From a virus (taxonomy: Duplodnaviria; Caudoviricetes), in IMG/VR virus record IMGVR_UViG_3300006735_005646, positions 1-60,578 of that record: 60,578 nucleotides of DNA. One strand, 5' to 3'. A program made the position numbers and the translations under genes. The notes below the pieces were generated by a model. That model saw only the letters and a program-made list of their open reading frames with translations. It was not told the origin of the DNA and made no database searches. Of the stretch, positions 46,639 to 57,037 are shown one piece after another; positions within the stretch are counted from its first letter, which is position 1, and each line of letters starts with the position of its first letter.

Positions 46639-47894
46639 ATTTTACTCAATCTATTATAAACTTCTTTTGCCTCGATTACATTATCTTCAATAGAACAATA
46701 CTTCCATCCACCATATCGTCCTATTGAATAAATTCCTAAATTAGTAAGCATATCATTCTTATTCTTAAAATCTGTCAAAGAGTCTTTTGTTATATGAACA
46801 TATGCCGGATTCATGACAACTTCATGACTACTAATCAATTTTTGATTTCTTATTATACCGCACTTTTTTAAATCCGTCAACACTATTTTCTTAATGTTAT
46901 CTAAATCTATCTCTTCTTCTGTCTTTAATCCAATCTCAACATAAAGGCTCATTCTGTCTCCCTGAATAATATTATTATAGAATCCAACCCTATAAAAACA
47001 TATATCCTTATCTGCAAAATAAATCCAATGAGATTTGATTGGAGTATCACTATCAAATCCTAAATTAAAAACTAAAACTTTGTTGCTTGTATAGATTGTA
47101 GAGTCATATTCGATTTCGCATATATCCATAAGCCTAGGAAAAGGAATGCTTGAAATTAAAAATTCATAACTTACAACTAGGCCGTTCTCAAAAGTAGCCG
47201 TTTTATTTTTGGTGTCAATACTTTTAACTTTATGTTCTACAAAAATTCTATCAGTATTCAGGTCTGTAAGTAAACTTAGTATGAATTCAAAAGTTCCTTC
47301 TTTGGGATATATGAAAGTAGAATTATAACTACTATTATCCTGACACTTGAAATTTTTCACTATTTCATCGACACTGGCGTGCGGAAAAAATCTGCCCATT
47401 GCATCCATATCTAAAGAATTTAAATCACAAGAATATAATTTTTCATTATACGGTTTTAAAAATTTATCTGTGATGGATTTGCCAAATTTGCTGTATAACA
47501 TCTGCAAAAAATTCTGTGGTAGGATTTCTTCTCTTTGAAATAAATCGAATAAACAATCAATAAACTCAGATTTTTCAAGTTGATGTATGTTCTTTTGGAA
47601 AGGAAAATCTATAAATTTTTCTTGATGATAAATTTTTGTGTTCTTCTTGACTGTAATTATATCCGAATCCTTCATTTTATCCAAGAACAGATTCTTTACA
47701 AATTCCTTACTGAAATGAAAAAAGTGGCCGCTGTAGTCCCAAACGAAACCATCTTGTTTTATGGTTTTACAAAACCCACCCACTTTAGCACTAGAATCAA
47801 ATACTAAATAATCATCGTCTTTTACAAAATTAGCAAAAGCCAGGCCGGTGACTCCTCCACCTATTATTAAATATTTACAATGTTTATTCGCCAT
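46635..47894 (-). CDS. FAD-dependent oxidoreductase (UGM/protoporphyrinogen-oxidase-like, LPS-cluster type)
   Basis: IIGGGVTGL, DYSGHFFH and IGRYGGWKY motifs. Confidence 0.8.
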   Translation of the reverse strand: MANKHCKYLIIGGGVTGLAFANFVKDDDYLVFDSSAKVGGFCKTIKQDGFVWDYSGHFFHFSKEFVKNLFLDKMKDSDIITVKKNTKIYHQEKFIDFPFQKNIHQLEKSEFIDCLFDLFQREEILPQNFLQMLYSKFGKSITDKFLKPYNEKLYSCDLNSLDMDAMGRFFPHASVDEIVKNFKCQDNSSYNSTFIYPKEGTFEFILSLLTDLNTDRIFVEHKVKSIDTKNKTATFENGLVVSYEFLISSIPFPRLMDICEIEYDSTIYTSNKVLVFNLGFDSDTPIKSHWIYFADKDICFYRVGFYNNIIQGDRMSLYVEIGLKTEEEIDLDNIKKIVLTDLKKCGIIRNQKLISSHEVVMNPAYVHITKDSLTDFKNKNDMLTNLGIYSIGRYGGWKYCSIEDNVIEAKEVYNRLSKI

Positions 47895-48678
47895 AAATTT
47901 CTTCTATCCAATTTCTGTCGTCCCATTCTTCTTTATAATTTCCTATTTCTTCCGGTCTATCACCATACAGTTCTCGGACGACTCTCTTATCTTCTTCTCT
48001 CATACCCAAAACATTTAATTTATTTGGATATTGTTTATCGCTAATGAGTTCTATTTTTTTCACACACCATTTATCTGCTGAACCCAATATCTTGTAACCA
48101 TCGTCTTCTGCCAATTTACCTCCAATTATTTCCCAATCGTGTGGCGACCAATCTCTTTGTAGATTTTTAAGAAAATACTTTCTGTTCCATATGGAAAATT
48201 GTCCTGTTATTCTATAGATAAATGAAGTAACAGATTTTTGTCTAAGTTCTAATATTTTAAAATCATGAAACTCTTTATAAACACTAACATCCTCTGGATT
48301 TCTGCCATGTTGAATTGATGGTTGCAAGTCTATTCTCCCAACCTTCTCGTCAACAGTTTCCTTCAAGAGAGTTTCATATAATTCTCTATCAAAAGGCCTT
48401 GCCATGTAAAAATCATCAATGCCAAAAATAAAATGCTCATCATCAATCGACTCGAAAAAATCTATAAGATAGTTAGACCAACCCTTTGCTCCACCAATTT
48501 GCTGATTCCCCAATGATATAAATTCAAAATTAGACGGTAGATTGAAATCTGGTTTTGAAAATCCTAAAACCTTAACATTAAAATCATCACCCCAATATTT
48601 GTTAAAAAAATATGCGAAACCTTCTATGGCAAACAAATGAGAATCGCAAGTTGGTATATAAACATTTAAATTATTCAT
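47884..48678 (-). CDS. GT-A-like hypothetical glycosyltransferase
   Basis: WS..L..FGIDDFY and SIWNR..PHDWE motifs; cluster context. Confidence 0.6.
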   Translation of the reverse strand: MNNLNVYIPTCDSHLFAIEGFAYFFNKYWGDDFNVKVLGFSKPDFNLPSNFEFISLGNQQIGGAKGWSNYLIDFFESIDDEHFIFGIDDFYMARPFDRELYETLLKETVDEKVGRIDLQPSIQHGRNPEDVSVYKEFHDFKILELRQKSVTSFIYRITGQFSIWNRKYFLKNLQRDWSPHDWEIIGGKLAEDDGYKILGSADKWCVKKIELISDKQYPNKLNVLGMREEDKRVVRELYGDRPEEIGNYKEEWDDRNWIEEIYGE

Positions 48679-49445
48679 TATTCTACCTCAACAACAGGAA
48701 CATCAGTTGCGAAAGAAATGTCCGTATAATGTGGATTCTTCCTAATTCCTTGTTTTCTAATCAAAGACCAAGTCTCATATTCTAAACCAACATATTCTGT
48801 TTGTTTTTGTGTTTGATGAACATGCCACCTCAATAAAGAATGACTTGATAATTTGTGCTTATTTTCTGGTTTCTCTCCCGGACTTACTTCATTTAAAGAT
48901 AAAACATATTTTTCATAATCACTACCATCCTCCAAATATGAGTCTAAATTTTTATAAATCGTTGACATCTTTACCATGTTTTCTTGGTTGCAAACAAACC
49001 AAGGATCATTATATCCATAGTTACAATAATTTTGCCACCAATTTGTTATAAAGAAATTATCGTTATTCAAATTTTCAAACTTTAAAAACTTGTTGTAAAA
49101 TACCATGTCGAACCTACAAGACAAAACGAAATCATATTTCTTTCTTGATTCGACAAGTGCATCAATGCTTTTGGAAAAAGAATACCATCTACTATAAACT
49201 GAATGCTTTTTGCTTTTGTCTCCTCCATCAAATTCTATCTGATTATCAATCATATAATTGGTAGGATTATACTCATTTATAAGACTATCAGTAGAACTCC
49301 CGGACCATGTATGAAAGAAAAAATCAACATCATAATGTGCAGACACATGTTCCTTTAAACTTGATATACCATCATCAAATGATACCATATCTCCTTTATC
49401 GTTAGACCCAGACGACAGACCATGTAAACAAATTGCTACTTTCAT
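48678..49445 (-). CDS. hypothetical glycan-biosynthesis protein (GT-like)
   Basis: KVAICLHG, FFHTW and YDFVLSCRFD motifs. Confidence 0.6.
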   Translation of the reverse strand: MKVAICLHGLSSGSNDKGDMVSFDDGISSLKEHVSAHYDVDFFFHTWSGSSTDSLINEYNPTNYMIDNQIEFDGGDKSKKHSVYSRWYSFSKSIDALVESRKKYDFVLSCRFDMVFYNKFLKFENLNNDNFFITNWWQNYCNYGYNDPWFVCNQENMVKMSTIYKNLDSYLEDGSDYEKYVLSLNEVSPGEKPENKHKLSSHSLLRWHVHQTQKQTEYVGLEYETWSLIRKQGIRKNPHYTDISFATDVPVVEVE

Positions 49446-50695
49446 AAAACACTTCCTATTAATTCAACATCCCTCACATCTTTTGGTTCATTTCTCTTTT
49501 GTTTTAATTCTTTTATTACTCCAAGAGATGCAATCTTTACTCCATCATACCAGAAATGGTTATTGGGGTTGTATATGATATCATCTCTTGTTTTTGTGTA
49601 ATTATGAATTTCTTGATTATGACTATGAATATCTTCGTGGCCGTCGATGGTATCTCCATCATGCAGGTAATCTAAATCTTGTCCTTCTCTCAGACCATAT
49701 GTTGACAAAACAGAACTGGCAGTAATACAATACTTATCTGGGTTCAGATTATTATCTGTGATGTATTTTTTGTAATACTCAAACTGCTCTTGAAACTTTG
49801 GATAGTAAATATAGTTTGAATTGTTCAAGTGATGAACACTATTATCATTGAAGAACACTCTAACAATTCTCATTGTTTCTTCGTGTGTGTCATTAATATG
49901 ACATGAATGTTTACCACAACCAAAAATAGCACGGATGTCTTCTTTTAATTCTACTGGACTTTTAGAATCTGATATTTTAACAAGGAAAGCAACAACTGGT
50001 GCATCATTTGTAAAACACAATTCTGCCTTTCTAGCAAATCCAGCGAAATTTTCATTCCATCCAAGGCCCCAATCTTCTCCCAAATACAATTGTCGAATAA
50101 TATTCAATGGACCAATATTGTTATGAGGGAACTGTTTGATATGAATAATTTCACAGTGTTTCTCCAATATATTGAGAACTTCTCCCATCTTATTCTGGAT
50201 GGTTGCAGAAGGAAATATAGTTATCACCTTAGTATCTTCATCCATTGATGCATACTCTACTGCAATAGAATCCAGATAAAAATGAGATAGTCCCCTACTC
50301 CTAAAGTAATGACTGGAACAATCCAGTTGACCTTCTCCTAAAGATTTTGCAATATGACATTCTACTTCTTTATCATAAAGTATAGAGGCTGTCAACCTAT
50401 GTCCACCATTCAACAGAGACATATGTTCTGTTATTGGTAAAGTTCCCAAAGAAGAATCAAACCCAGTTTCTTTAATTGAGTCTAAAATTCTATCAAATTC
50501 ATATTCAAAGTCTTCATAGCAATTTTTATTTGGATTGTCTATTTCGTTAAAATTGTTCCAAACACCTAAATGATTTTTATAGACATCCTTTCCAAATGAA
50601 GTATCATAATTATTTTCTCGATGTCTTGCATATAAGTGTTTTGCTGCGACATCGAATCTATTATGATTTAACAGTTGTAGTGCTTTTATTTTCAT
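49442..50695 (-). CDS. hypothetical protein typical of glycan clusters
   Basis: RFD..AK, NGGHRL, HINDT and GLRE..DLDY motifs. Confidence 0.6.
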   Translation of the reverse strand: MKIKALQLLNHNRFDVAAKHLYARHRENNYDTSFGKDVYKNHLGVWNNFNEIDNPNKNCYEDFEYEFDRILDSIKETGFDSSLGTLPITEHMSLLNGGHRLTASILYDKEVECHIAKSLGEGQLDCSSHYFRSRGLSHFYLDSIAVEYASMDEDTKVITIFPSATIQNKMGEVLNILEKHCEIIHIKQFPHNNIGPLNIIRQLYLGEDWGLGWNENFAGFARKAELCFTNDAPVVAFLVKISDSKSPVELKEDIRAIFGCGKHSCHINDTHEETMRIVRVFFNDNSVHHLNNSNYIYYPKFQEQFEYYKKYITDNNLNPDKYCITASSVLSTYGLREGQDLDYLHDGDTIDGHEDIHSHNQEIHNYTKTRDDIIYNPNNHFWYDGVKIASLGVIKELKQKRNEPKDVRDVELIGSVL

Positions 50696-51422
50696 AATGT
50701 TCTAACCTTTCATATGGTTTTCTTTCTTTCAACATCGCTTCTATTCTTAACTGTTCGTGTGGAACCTTTCTCCAATCGGAATTTTCATTCCCTTCATTAT
50801 AGACATAAAGTGGTTCTGGTATGAATTGAAATCTTTCTCCAGACATTTCTAACATAGGCCACATGAAAGTTAAATCTCCGGCTGCTTTGAACCATTCACC
50901 GTCAATATCAACGAAATCATCTGGATTTATATTTAAAACTAATTCTCTTCTAAAAGTTCGCAAATGTGTTGCTCTCCAGTCTACCTTTCTAAAACTGTTT
51001 TCCCGTATAACATCATCTGGATATCTACCAAATCCATTAGTTTGATTGTCTGATGTTTTTACATACGAACCATATGTCATCCATACATCATCGTTGTAGT
51101 AATTTTCCAATGTAGAAAGAACATTTTTGTGGGGGAACCAATCATCAAAATCTAAAGTTACTATGATTGAACCTTTTTTTGCCATCATTGAACCTTCATA
51201 AACATTTTGAGTTTGATATTTTCTTTTTTCATTTCTTACTACCGTTAAATTATCATGCAACTTTTCTTGTTCTAGAAGATACTCATATGTTCCATCATCT
51301 GTCATTGCATCAATTGCAATGACATCAAAGTTTTGATAGTCTTGATGTAAAGCAGAATTCAAACAATCGGATATCCATTGTGAAGAATTGTGTCCCATCA
51401 TTAAAATAGTATAATGATTCAT
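50661..51422 (-). CDS. GT2 glycosyltransferase
   Basis: IDAMTDDGT, LDFDDW and HLRTFR motifs. Confidence 0.85.
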   Translation of the reverse strand: MNHYTILMMGHNSSQWISDCLNSALHQDYQNFDVIAIDAMTDDGTYEYLLEQEKLHDNLTVVRNEKRKYQTQNVYEGSMMAKKGSIIVTLDFDDWFPHKNVLSTLENYYNDDVWMTYGSYVKTSDNQTNGFGRYPDDVIRENSFRKVDWRATHLRTFRRELVLNINPDDFVDIDGEWFKAAGDLTFMWPMLEMSGERFQFIPEPLYVYNEGNENSDWRKVPHEQLRIEAMLKERKPYERLEHYENKSTTTVKS

Positions 51423-52246
51423 GTCTGTTCTACCACCAAATTTAACAGTCTATTAATGATTTCATGATACTCTCCATATGGTCTTACAGAGTGTGCATCA
51501 ATGTAAAATCCATCTTTTACTTTATCTTCATGATATATCCAAGAGCCTCTATTAATTCTTCTATGATTTTCAAATGGAGGACAATGAACGTATTCTCCCG
51601 AAGAAATTAATCTGGTTAATTCCCTTGTCATCAAAACCTCATCAACATTCCAATTTAAAAGGCCTTCACCTTCCCAGTTTTCTGGGGTGTGTGTTCTATC
51701 AAGCCAAGTTCCACTTTGTTCTTTAGTTTCTTTTATACACCGTTTCACAAAATGAATAAAAGAGTCTTCTATTTTCAAAACATCCTTAAAGGATTTTCCT
51801 AATGCAATATTATAACATATTGGAAAATAATTATTTCCTTTATAATCTTCATCTACCCAAGAATATTCAGAAGATACGGATGCATTTAAATTTGTCCAGA
51901 CTGGTTTATTCTCTACCCATTCATTTATTACATTTAACCAATATTTTAACGACAACGGAAACATGTCAATATCATTTGTTATCCACAAGACATCTGGTTC
52001 ATTAATTGGATACCACATTCTTGCTAATTGTGCTTGTGTGTGAATATCAACAGATTTGTCTGGTTTTATGCTATGCACTTCTCCGAACTCATCACTTACC
52101 TCTTTTTCCCCAACATGAACTAAAACTGGAGTTATATTGAAAACCTCTTTCCATAATTTAGACATTGGTTTCCAAAAGTCAAGATAGTACGGATTATCAT
52201 CACATGAATGAATTACCTTTACATTTGGTATTGATTGTTTATTCAC
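51419..52246 (-). CDS. GT-A-like hypothetical glycosyltransferase
   Basis: NPYYLDFW, AQLAR and DIDMFP (DxD) motifs. Confidence 0.6.
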   Translation of the reverse strand: MNKQSIPNVKVIHSCDDNPYYLDFWKPMSKLWKEVFNITPVLVHVGEKEVSDEFGEVHSIKPDKSVDIHTQAQLARMWYPINEPDVLWITNDIDMFPLSLKYWLNVINEWVENKPVWTNLNASVSSEYSWVDEDYKGNNYFPICYNIALGKSFKDVLKIEDSFIHFVKRCIKETKEQSGTWLDRTHTPENWEGEGLLNWNVDEVLMTRELTRLISSGEYVHCPPFENHRRINRGSWIYHEDKVKDGFYIDAHSVRPYGEYHEIINRLLNLVVEQT

Positions 52247-53075
52247 TACTAAAATTCTCTAACAAAAATTTGACTCTCTTATCATATGTGTGTCTCTTAG
52301 ACAACTCATAACCACGATTAGAGATTTCACTTACATCATCATTCTTCACTCTATTTATAAGACTTATCAAATCTTCCTGATTCCTATACATCAAACAATT
52401 TACATCATGTTCAAATCCAAGTTCTTCGTATTGGTGATTATAATTTGTCAGAAGAAGTGTTCTGCACCCAATCGTTTCAAACGATCTATAATTTATATCG
52501 TTATCAATATTCAGATTAAAGTGGCATTTGTATGAATTGATTGCCTTTACCATATCGTCACCTATTACAAAAATATCTAAGTGTAATCCGTGGGTGGATT
52601 CTAGATACTCTAATATAGTTCTTCTATTCACATAGTTTCCACAAAAACCAATGTCTATAGTTTTCTCAATCTCCGTAGGATAAATTAAAGAATCATCAAA
52701 CGCATTCGGAAACCAAGTATGGTGTTCTTCCTTGACAAAATCTTGTGTGGAGTGTAACAGATGATCGTATTCACCATCCCTAAAAACTTTTTCTACAGAT
52801 TCAATTCCTTGAACGTGTGCATCGATGCTCCAGAAAAATTTCTTGGGATTTTTAACATGTCTTAAGGAAGGAACCCAACCACTATCATACTGTTCTAAAT
52901 TTATTATCCAATCATATGATTCCCAATCTGGGGTATTGTCAAAATTTTCATGTAAATTTCCCCACACTTCACACAAATGACCTAACCTAGAAAACGATCT
53001 CTGTAAACTGAAACACTCTCTGAATTTTCTATTCTTGTCGTGATGACCATTTTCTTGTATTAGAAGTATCTTCAT
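52239..53075 (-). CDS. CgeB-like GT-B glycosyltransferase
   Basis: FCG, INYRSFE..G..LLT and HTYDKR motifs. Confidence 0.75.
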   Translation of the reverse strand: MKILLIQENGHHDKNRKFRECFSLQRSFSRLGHLCEVWGNLHENFDNTPDWESYDWIINLEQYDSGWVPSLRHVKNPKKFFWSIDAHVQGIESVEKVFRDGEYDHLLHSTQDFVKEEHHTWFPNAFDDSLIYPTEIEKTIDIGFCGNYVNRRTILEYLESTHGLHLDIFVIGDDMVKAINSYKCHFNLNIDNDINYRSFETIGCRTLLLTNYNHQYEELGFEHDVNCLMYRNQEDLISLINRVKNDDVSEISNRGYELSKRHTYDKRVKFLLENFSSE

Positions 53076-53896
53076 TTCAAATCTTTCATTATATGGGAAT
53101 ACTTTTCCCTTTCCTCTTTATTCGGAGTCCTCACTTTTCCAATATAATCATTGTCGTGATATTCTCCACAAGCAGGACATTTAAAGAAACAATGCCCAGA
53201 TCCATCTCCAAACCAATGTCCATAATTATTTTCATCGTCCTCTATTCCACTGTGCCACTCTGGAAAAGGTCCCTTATCCCAACCCTCTCCACGAAGTCTG
53301 GGAATAGGGAATGGATGTTTTTCTTCGTGTGTAAATCCATTAGGAAACCAATCATCATGAATATATGCTTCTTTCCAGAAAGAAGGATAAATGTCCTTGG
53401 ATAACCATATCTGATCAATTCCATGCTTGTTGTTTATCATCTTATAGTCGAAATCATCAATGAAGTTTTTAATTTCACAAAGTGCATGATCCTTTGCTCC
53501 CCACGCACCACCGCAAATTTCCCAACCGTGCTGACAATTATCTCGCATTATATGAATACCTTTATCAGTACCAATCCATTCTTCTACAGCAGACTTGTCT
53601 CGAACACCAATTCTAGAATCTGTGTCTCTGAAGATTGCAACACTGACATCAGGATCACTAGAGGCATAGAATCTCCAAAACATACCGTTCCATGATTCGT
53701 CTTGTTGCATTCTTACAACTTCAACATTATCCCTTGACTCTAGTTCTTCCACAGCAGATTCAGGAACATTTGGTGAAACATAAAACCTACAAATCCACCC
53801 AGGCCATTCCTTCTCTGCAATGTCTGCATTTAGTATTGCACCAAGAACATATACTACATCATTACCCCATAAACTAAATGATATTACTTTTTTCAT
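53072..53896 (-). CDS. GT-A-like protein (ISFSLWG family), paralog 1
   Basis: ISFSLWG, MFWRF, RDTDSR and HIMRD motifs. Confidence 0.7.
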   Translation of the reverse strand: MKKVISFSLWGNDVVYVLGAILNADIAEKEWPGWICRFYVSPNVPESAVEELESRDNVEVVRMQQDESWNGMFWRFYASSDPDVSVAIFRDTDSRIGVRDKSAVEEWIGTDKGIHIMRDNCQHGWEICGGAWGAKDHALCEIKNFIDDFDYKMINNKHGIDQIWLSKDIYPSFWKEAYIHDDWFPNGFTHEEKHPFPIPRLRGEGWDKGPFPEWHSGIEDDENNYGHWFGDGSGHCFFKCPACGEYHDNDYIGKVRTPNKEEREKYSHIMKDLK

Positions 53897-53900
53897 CTTT

Positions 53901-54761
53901 TCAACTCCAATCTGTGTAGATTAACTCGTCTCTCTTTTTTATTAAACGAGCATATTCTTCGTGTGGTTTGTCGTGTTCATCATAAACCTGACCTATGAAG
54001 TTATTCCAATCCTTTCCTCTCATTGAAGGAAATCCTGTATTAAATTCTTTATCGTGTCCTCCACGATAATAATCAAATCTTCCAGACCACGCATTGTACA
54101 TCGGATATGCATCTTGAATATGTGCTTCCTTTAGTGCAAGTGGGTATATAATTGCTCGAAGAAATCTTTGATCAATTCCCTTTGTGTGATAATTTTCAAC
54201 AGTCATTGCATTTTGTTCATGTCTTTCGGTTCTTCTCCATTCAACCAACATCCAGTTTTCTACGACTTTCTGCAAGTTTGTTGTGGGTTCTAGATTGTGT
54301 TTTTCGTAAACATCTTTGTTGATAATATCAATGAGTTCTTTTGGTTTACATCCCCACATACCACCCATGATTGGTTCGGTGTGATACGGATGATCTCTCA
54401 TGATGTGAAGACATTTTCCTGAGTTCATCCACTCTCTGGTTGCTTCATATTCTCTTGATGTTATTCTTGAATCTGTGTCTCGGAAAACAATATATTCAAT
54501 GTCTTCTTCTGTGTTTACACCATAGAATCTCCAGAACATTCCCTGCCAATCATTGGGTGTTCCTGTCATATCGACAATTTCTACATTCGAGAAAGACTTC
54601 AATCTATCCAGAGTTTCCCTTGGGACATCACTACCAATATAGAACCTAGCAGTCCAATCAGAAGGATAAACATCTGACATGAGTTCTGCATTTCTGATTG
54701 CACCAACATTATACATGGGGATATCTCCCCACAAACTAAAACTAACTATCTTCTTGGACAT
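53901..54761 (-). CDS. GT-A-like protein (VSFSLWG family), paralog 2
   Basis: Same motifs plus IMGGMWG and DQRFL. Confidence 0.7.
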   Translation of the reverse strand: MSKKIVSFSLWGDIPMYNVGAIRNAELMSDVYPSDWTARFYIGSDVPRETLDRLKSFSNVEIVDMTGTPNDWQGMFWRFYGVNTEEDIEYIVFRDTDSRITSREYEATREWMNSGKCLHIMRDHPYHTEPIMGGMWGCKPKELIDIINKDVYEKHNLEPTTNLQKVVENWMLVEWRRTERHEQNAMTVENYHTKGIDQRFLRAIIYPLALKEAHIQDAYPMYNAWSGRFDYYRGGHDKEFNTGFPSMRGKDWNNFIGQVYDEHDKPHEEYARLIKKRDELIYTDWS

Positions 54762-56277
54762 GATATTCTTTCCTATGAGTTCTAGACTCTTCTTCACTGA
54801 AGTAATAATGGTATAAAACTGGTGTTGTTTGACCTGTTTGGATTATAGACTCTCTTCTGATCAACCCAGATGCTAAAAGCCTATCAGAGTAATCGGAATC
54901 TTCTCCATGATTCTTGTCTACAAATCCAATTTGACGAGCAATCGAAGTTCTCACAGGATTCAAATGGTTACAAGGTCGGTACTGTATATTGTTCTGGTCT
55001 CTGAAGTTTCCACCATATGTGTTTGCATGTTTAAATATCATAGATGGAATCCCATTTATGTAATATTTACCTGTAAATCCTACAGAGTCTAATCTTCTTT
55101 CTCTCTCTATACAATTCACAATCCATTGCACATACTTGTCGCAAATTAAATCATCATCATCTACGAAACATATAAATCTACCATTCGCAGAAAATAGAAT
55201 CTCATTTCTTTTTTGACCTACACTCTTTTCTCCACTGTCTGCATTGATCATTATCTCAACCTTGTCCATGTATTCTTGTGGAGTTTTTTCCTGAATATTC
55301 TTTAACAAGGCTTCTAACTTTTCTTTTCTTTCATTTAAGTGGCAGATACCAATCGTGAGAAGTTTTGGTTTTTTTTCGTCTTCTAGCATTCCAATCTCAC
55401 GAATGATTGCTTCTTTCACTCTATCCGAAAAAGGTCTAGAATACTCTCTTGCTCTTCTGTAGTTCTCATCAATGAATGGTTTCATTTTTTCATATGTTTC
55501 AGAAGTTATGTTGTTACAAACCTCAACAATATCCGTTTCGCTATCAACGATTATCATTCCTCTTGCATCGAAGAAGTCACCGATGTTTGGACATCCCCAA
55601 TAGATTGGAACTGTCTTTGTAATCAGTGCATCAATCAATTTCTCTGAGAAATAGTTTGTTACTGAACTACTTTCAACTGTAATGTGAAACTGAGAATCGA
55701 AAAGATACTTCTTGTCATCTTCTGGTAGAACATTCGGTGAGATTGGATGACGGGTACTGCTATAGAAAAGAGTGGGATTTTCAAATTCGCTTCTCTTTGA
55801 CCATATCTCTTTTCTCTTATCATACCCCTCTAGACTTCGTGCATGATTCGAGCATAGAAAACTAATTTCAAATCTCTTATTCTCATGCAGTTCGTCGAGA
55901 GATTCGTCGTACTCTCCAAAACTATCGGGATGATCTATTTTTCCTTTGTTTAACCATGTGGAACCATAGGGAAACATCATTGCGTTTGGACATTGTTCTA
56001 GAATTTCAACATCAGTGGTAAGAATCAAATCATACTGATTGGCATTCTTTATTACAGTTTCAATTGGTTCTCTATTTGGTGATGTGCTTGGTTCTGTTGT
56101 GTTTAAGTAAACCTTGAATACATCAGGGTTATCAAAAGGAACCTTATAGTCAACTGTTGGAAGAGTAACAAATTGGTTGTTGTGAAAACGAGAAACATGA
56201 ATCTCGACAGGGAAGTCGAAATTCATTGAGTCCTCTTCAAACATATAATGTGCATTATATACAGTCGCTTTGTTCAT
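54742..56277 (-). CDS. GT10-GT2 fusion glycosyltransferase
   Basis: YFSEKLIDA..PIYWG in the N-half; VGQKRN..FVDDDD..GEDSDY in the C-half. Confidence 0.8.
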   Translation of the reverse strand: MNKATVYNAHYMFEEDSMNFDFPVEIHVSRFHNNQFVTLPTVDYKVPFDNPDVFKVYLNTTEPSTSPNREPIETVIKNANQYDLILTTDVEILEQCPNAMMFPYGSTWLNKGKIDHPDSFGEYDESLDELHENKRFEISFLCSNHARSLEGYDKRKEIWSKRSEFENPTLFYSSTRHPISPNVLPEDDKKYLFDSQFHITVESSSVTNYFSEKLIDALITKTVPIYWGCPNIGDFFDARGMIIVDSETDIVEVCNNITSETYEKMKPFIDENYRRAREYSRPFSDRVKEAIIREIGMLEDEKKPKLLTIGICHLNERKEKLEALLKNIQEKTPQEYMDKVEIMINADSGEKSVGQKRNEILFSANGRFICFVDDDDLICDKYVQWIVNCIERERRLDSVGFTGKYYINGIPSMIFKHANTYGGNFRDQNNIQYRPCNHLNPVRTSIARQIGFVDKNHGEDSDYSDRLLASGLIRRESIIQTGQTTPVLYHYYFSEEESRTHRKEYHVQEDS

Positions 56278-56278
56278 A

Positions 56279-57037
56279 TTAAACCTCTACTTTTTCAGGA
56301 AGATACCAAATACCTGCTTTCTTCATACTATTTATCTTGTCGTGTGTACCCAGTCTAAAATTGCAATGAACCACACATTCATTTCCCGTGGTTGTTTCTT
56401 GACTGAAGTAGTGATGTCCGTTCGTCACAAAACTACATGGATATAAAGCAAAGTTGAAGTTAGGAATTAAATTATTTCCGAGTACATTTCTCATAATGAT
56501 TTGATCACAAGTATCCGGGTTTGAATCATTTATTGCTATTCTTGCTAACTCATAAATTTTAGTGAAGAATTCTTTTGTACCTTCAATGTTTTTTATGTTC
56601 ATAAATCCTGCACACAACTCATTTGGTCCCCCATGAGATTCAAAAACCAAAGAATCATTTGAAAAAATTACATTGATATTATACTCTTTAGAAGTAATAT
56701 CATCTGCTATCTTTAATACTTCCTCTGGATTATGTTTAAAGACAACATCACAATCTGTATATACAAAATTATATCTAGATTTAAGTTCTTCTAAGATTAT
56801 CTTTACCTTTGTTGTCATTAAAGATTTAAATTCTTTAGAACCGTATGAGTGGTATTCTTCAGAAATATAAGAATCAAAAGATTTCAATTCGCATTTAAAA
56901 TCAGACAATCCATCATTTGAGAATTCATCAAGTGTATACACAGTTATATCTTCTTCGATACCAACATTTCTGGCACTCAACAACATGTTTTTGCAGATAT
57001 CCAAGGAACCTTTGTTTGTAAATGTAATATACTTCAT
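56279..57037 (-). CDS. GT77-like nucleotide-diphospho-sugar transferase
   Basis: YTDCDVVF, CAGFM, DQ and VHCNF..K motifs. Confidence 0.75.
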   Translation of the reverse strand: MKYITFTNKGSLDICKNMLLSARNVGIEEDITVYTLDEFSNDGLSDFKCELKSFDSYISEEYHSYGSKEFKSLMTTKVKIILEELKSRYNFVYTDCDVVFKHNPEEVLKIADDITSKEYNINVIFSNDSLVFESHGGPNELCAGFMNIKNIEGTKEFFTKIYELARIAINDSNPDTCDQIIMRNVLGNNLIPNFNFALYPCSFVTNGHHYFSQETTTGNECVVHCNFRLGTHDKINSMKKAGIWYLPEKVEV

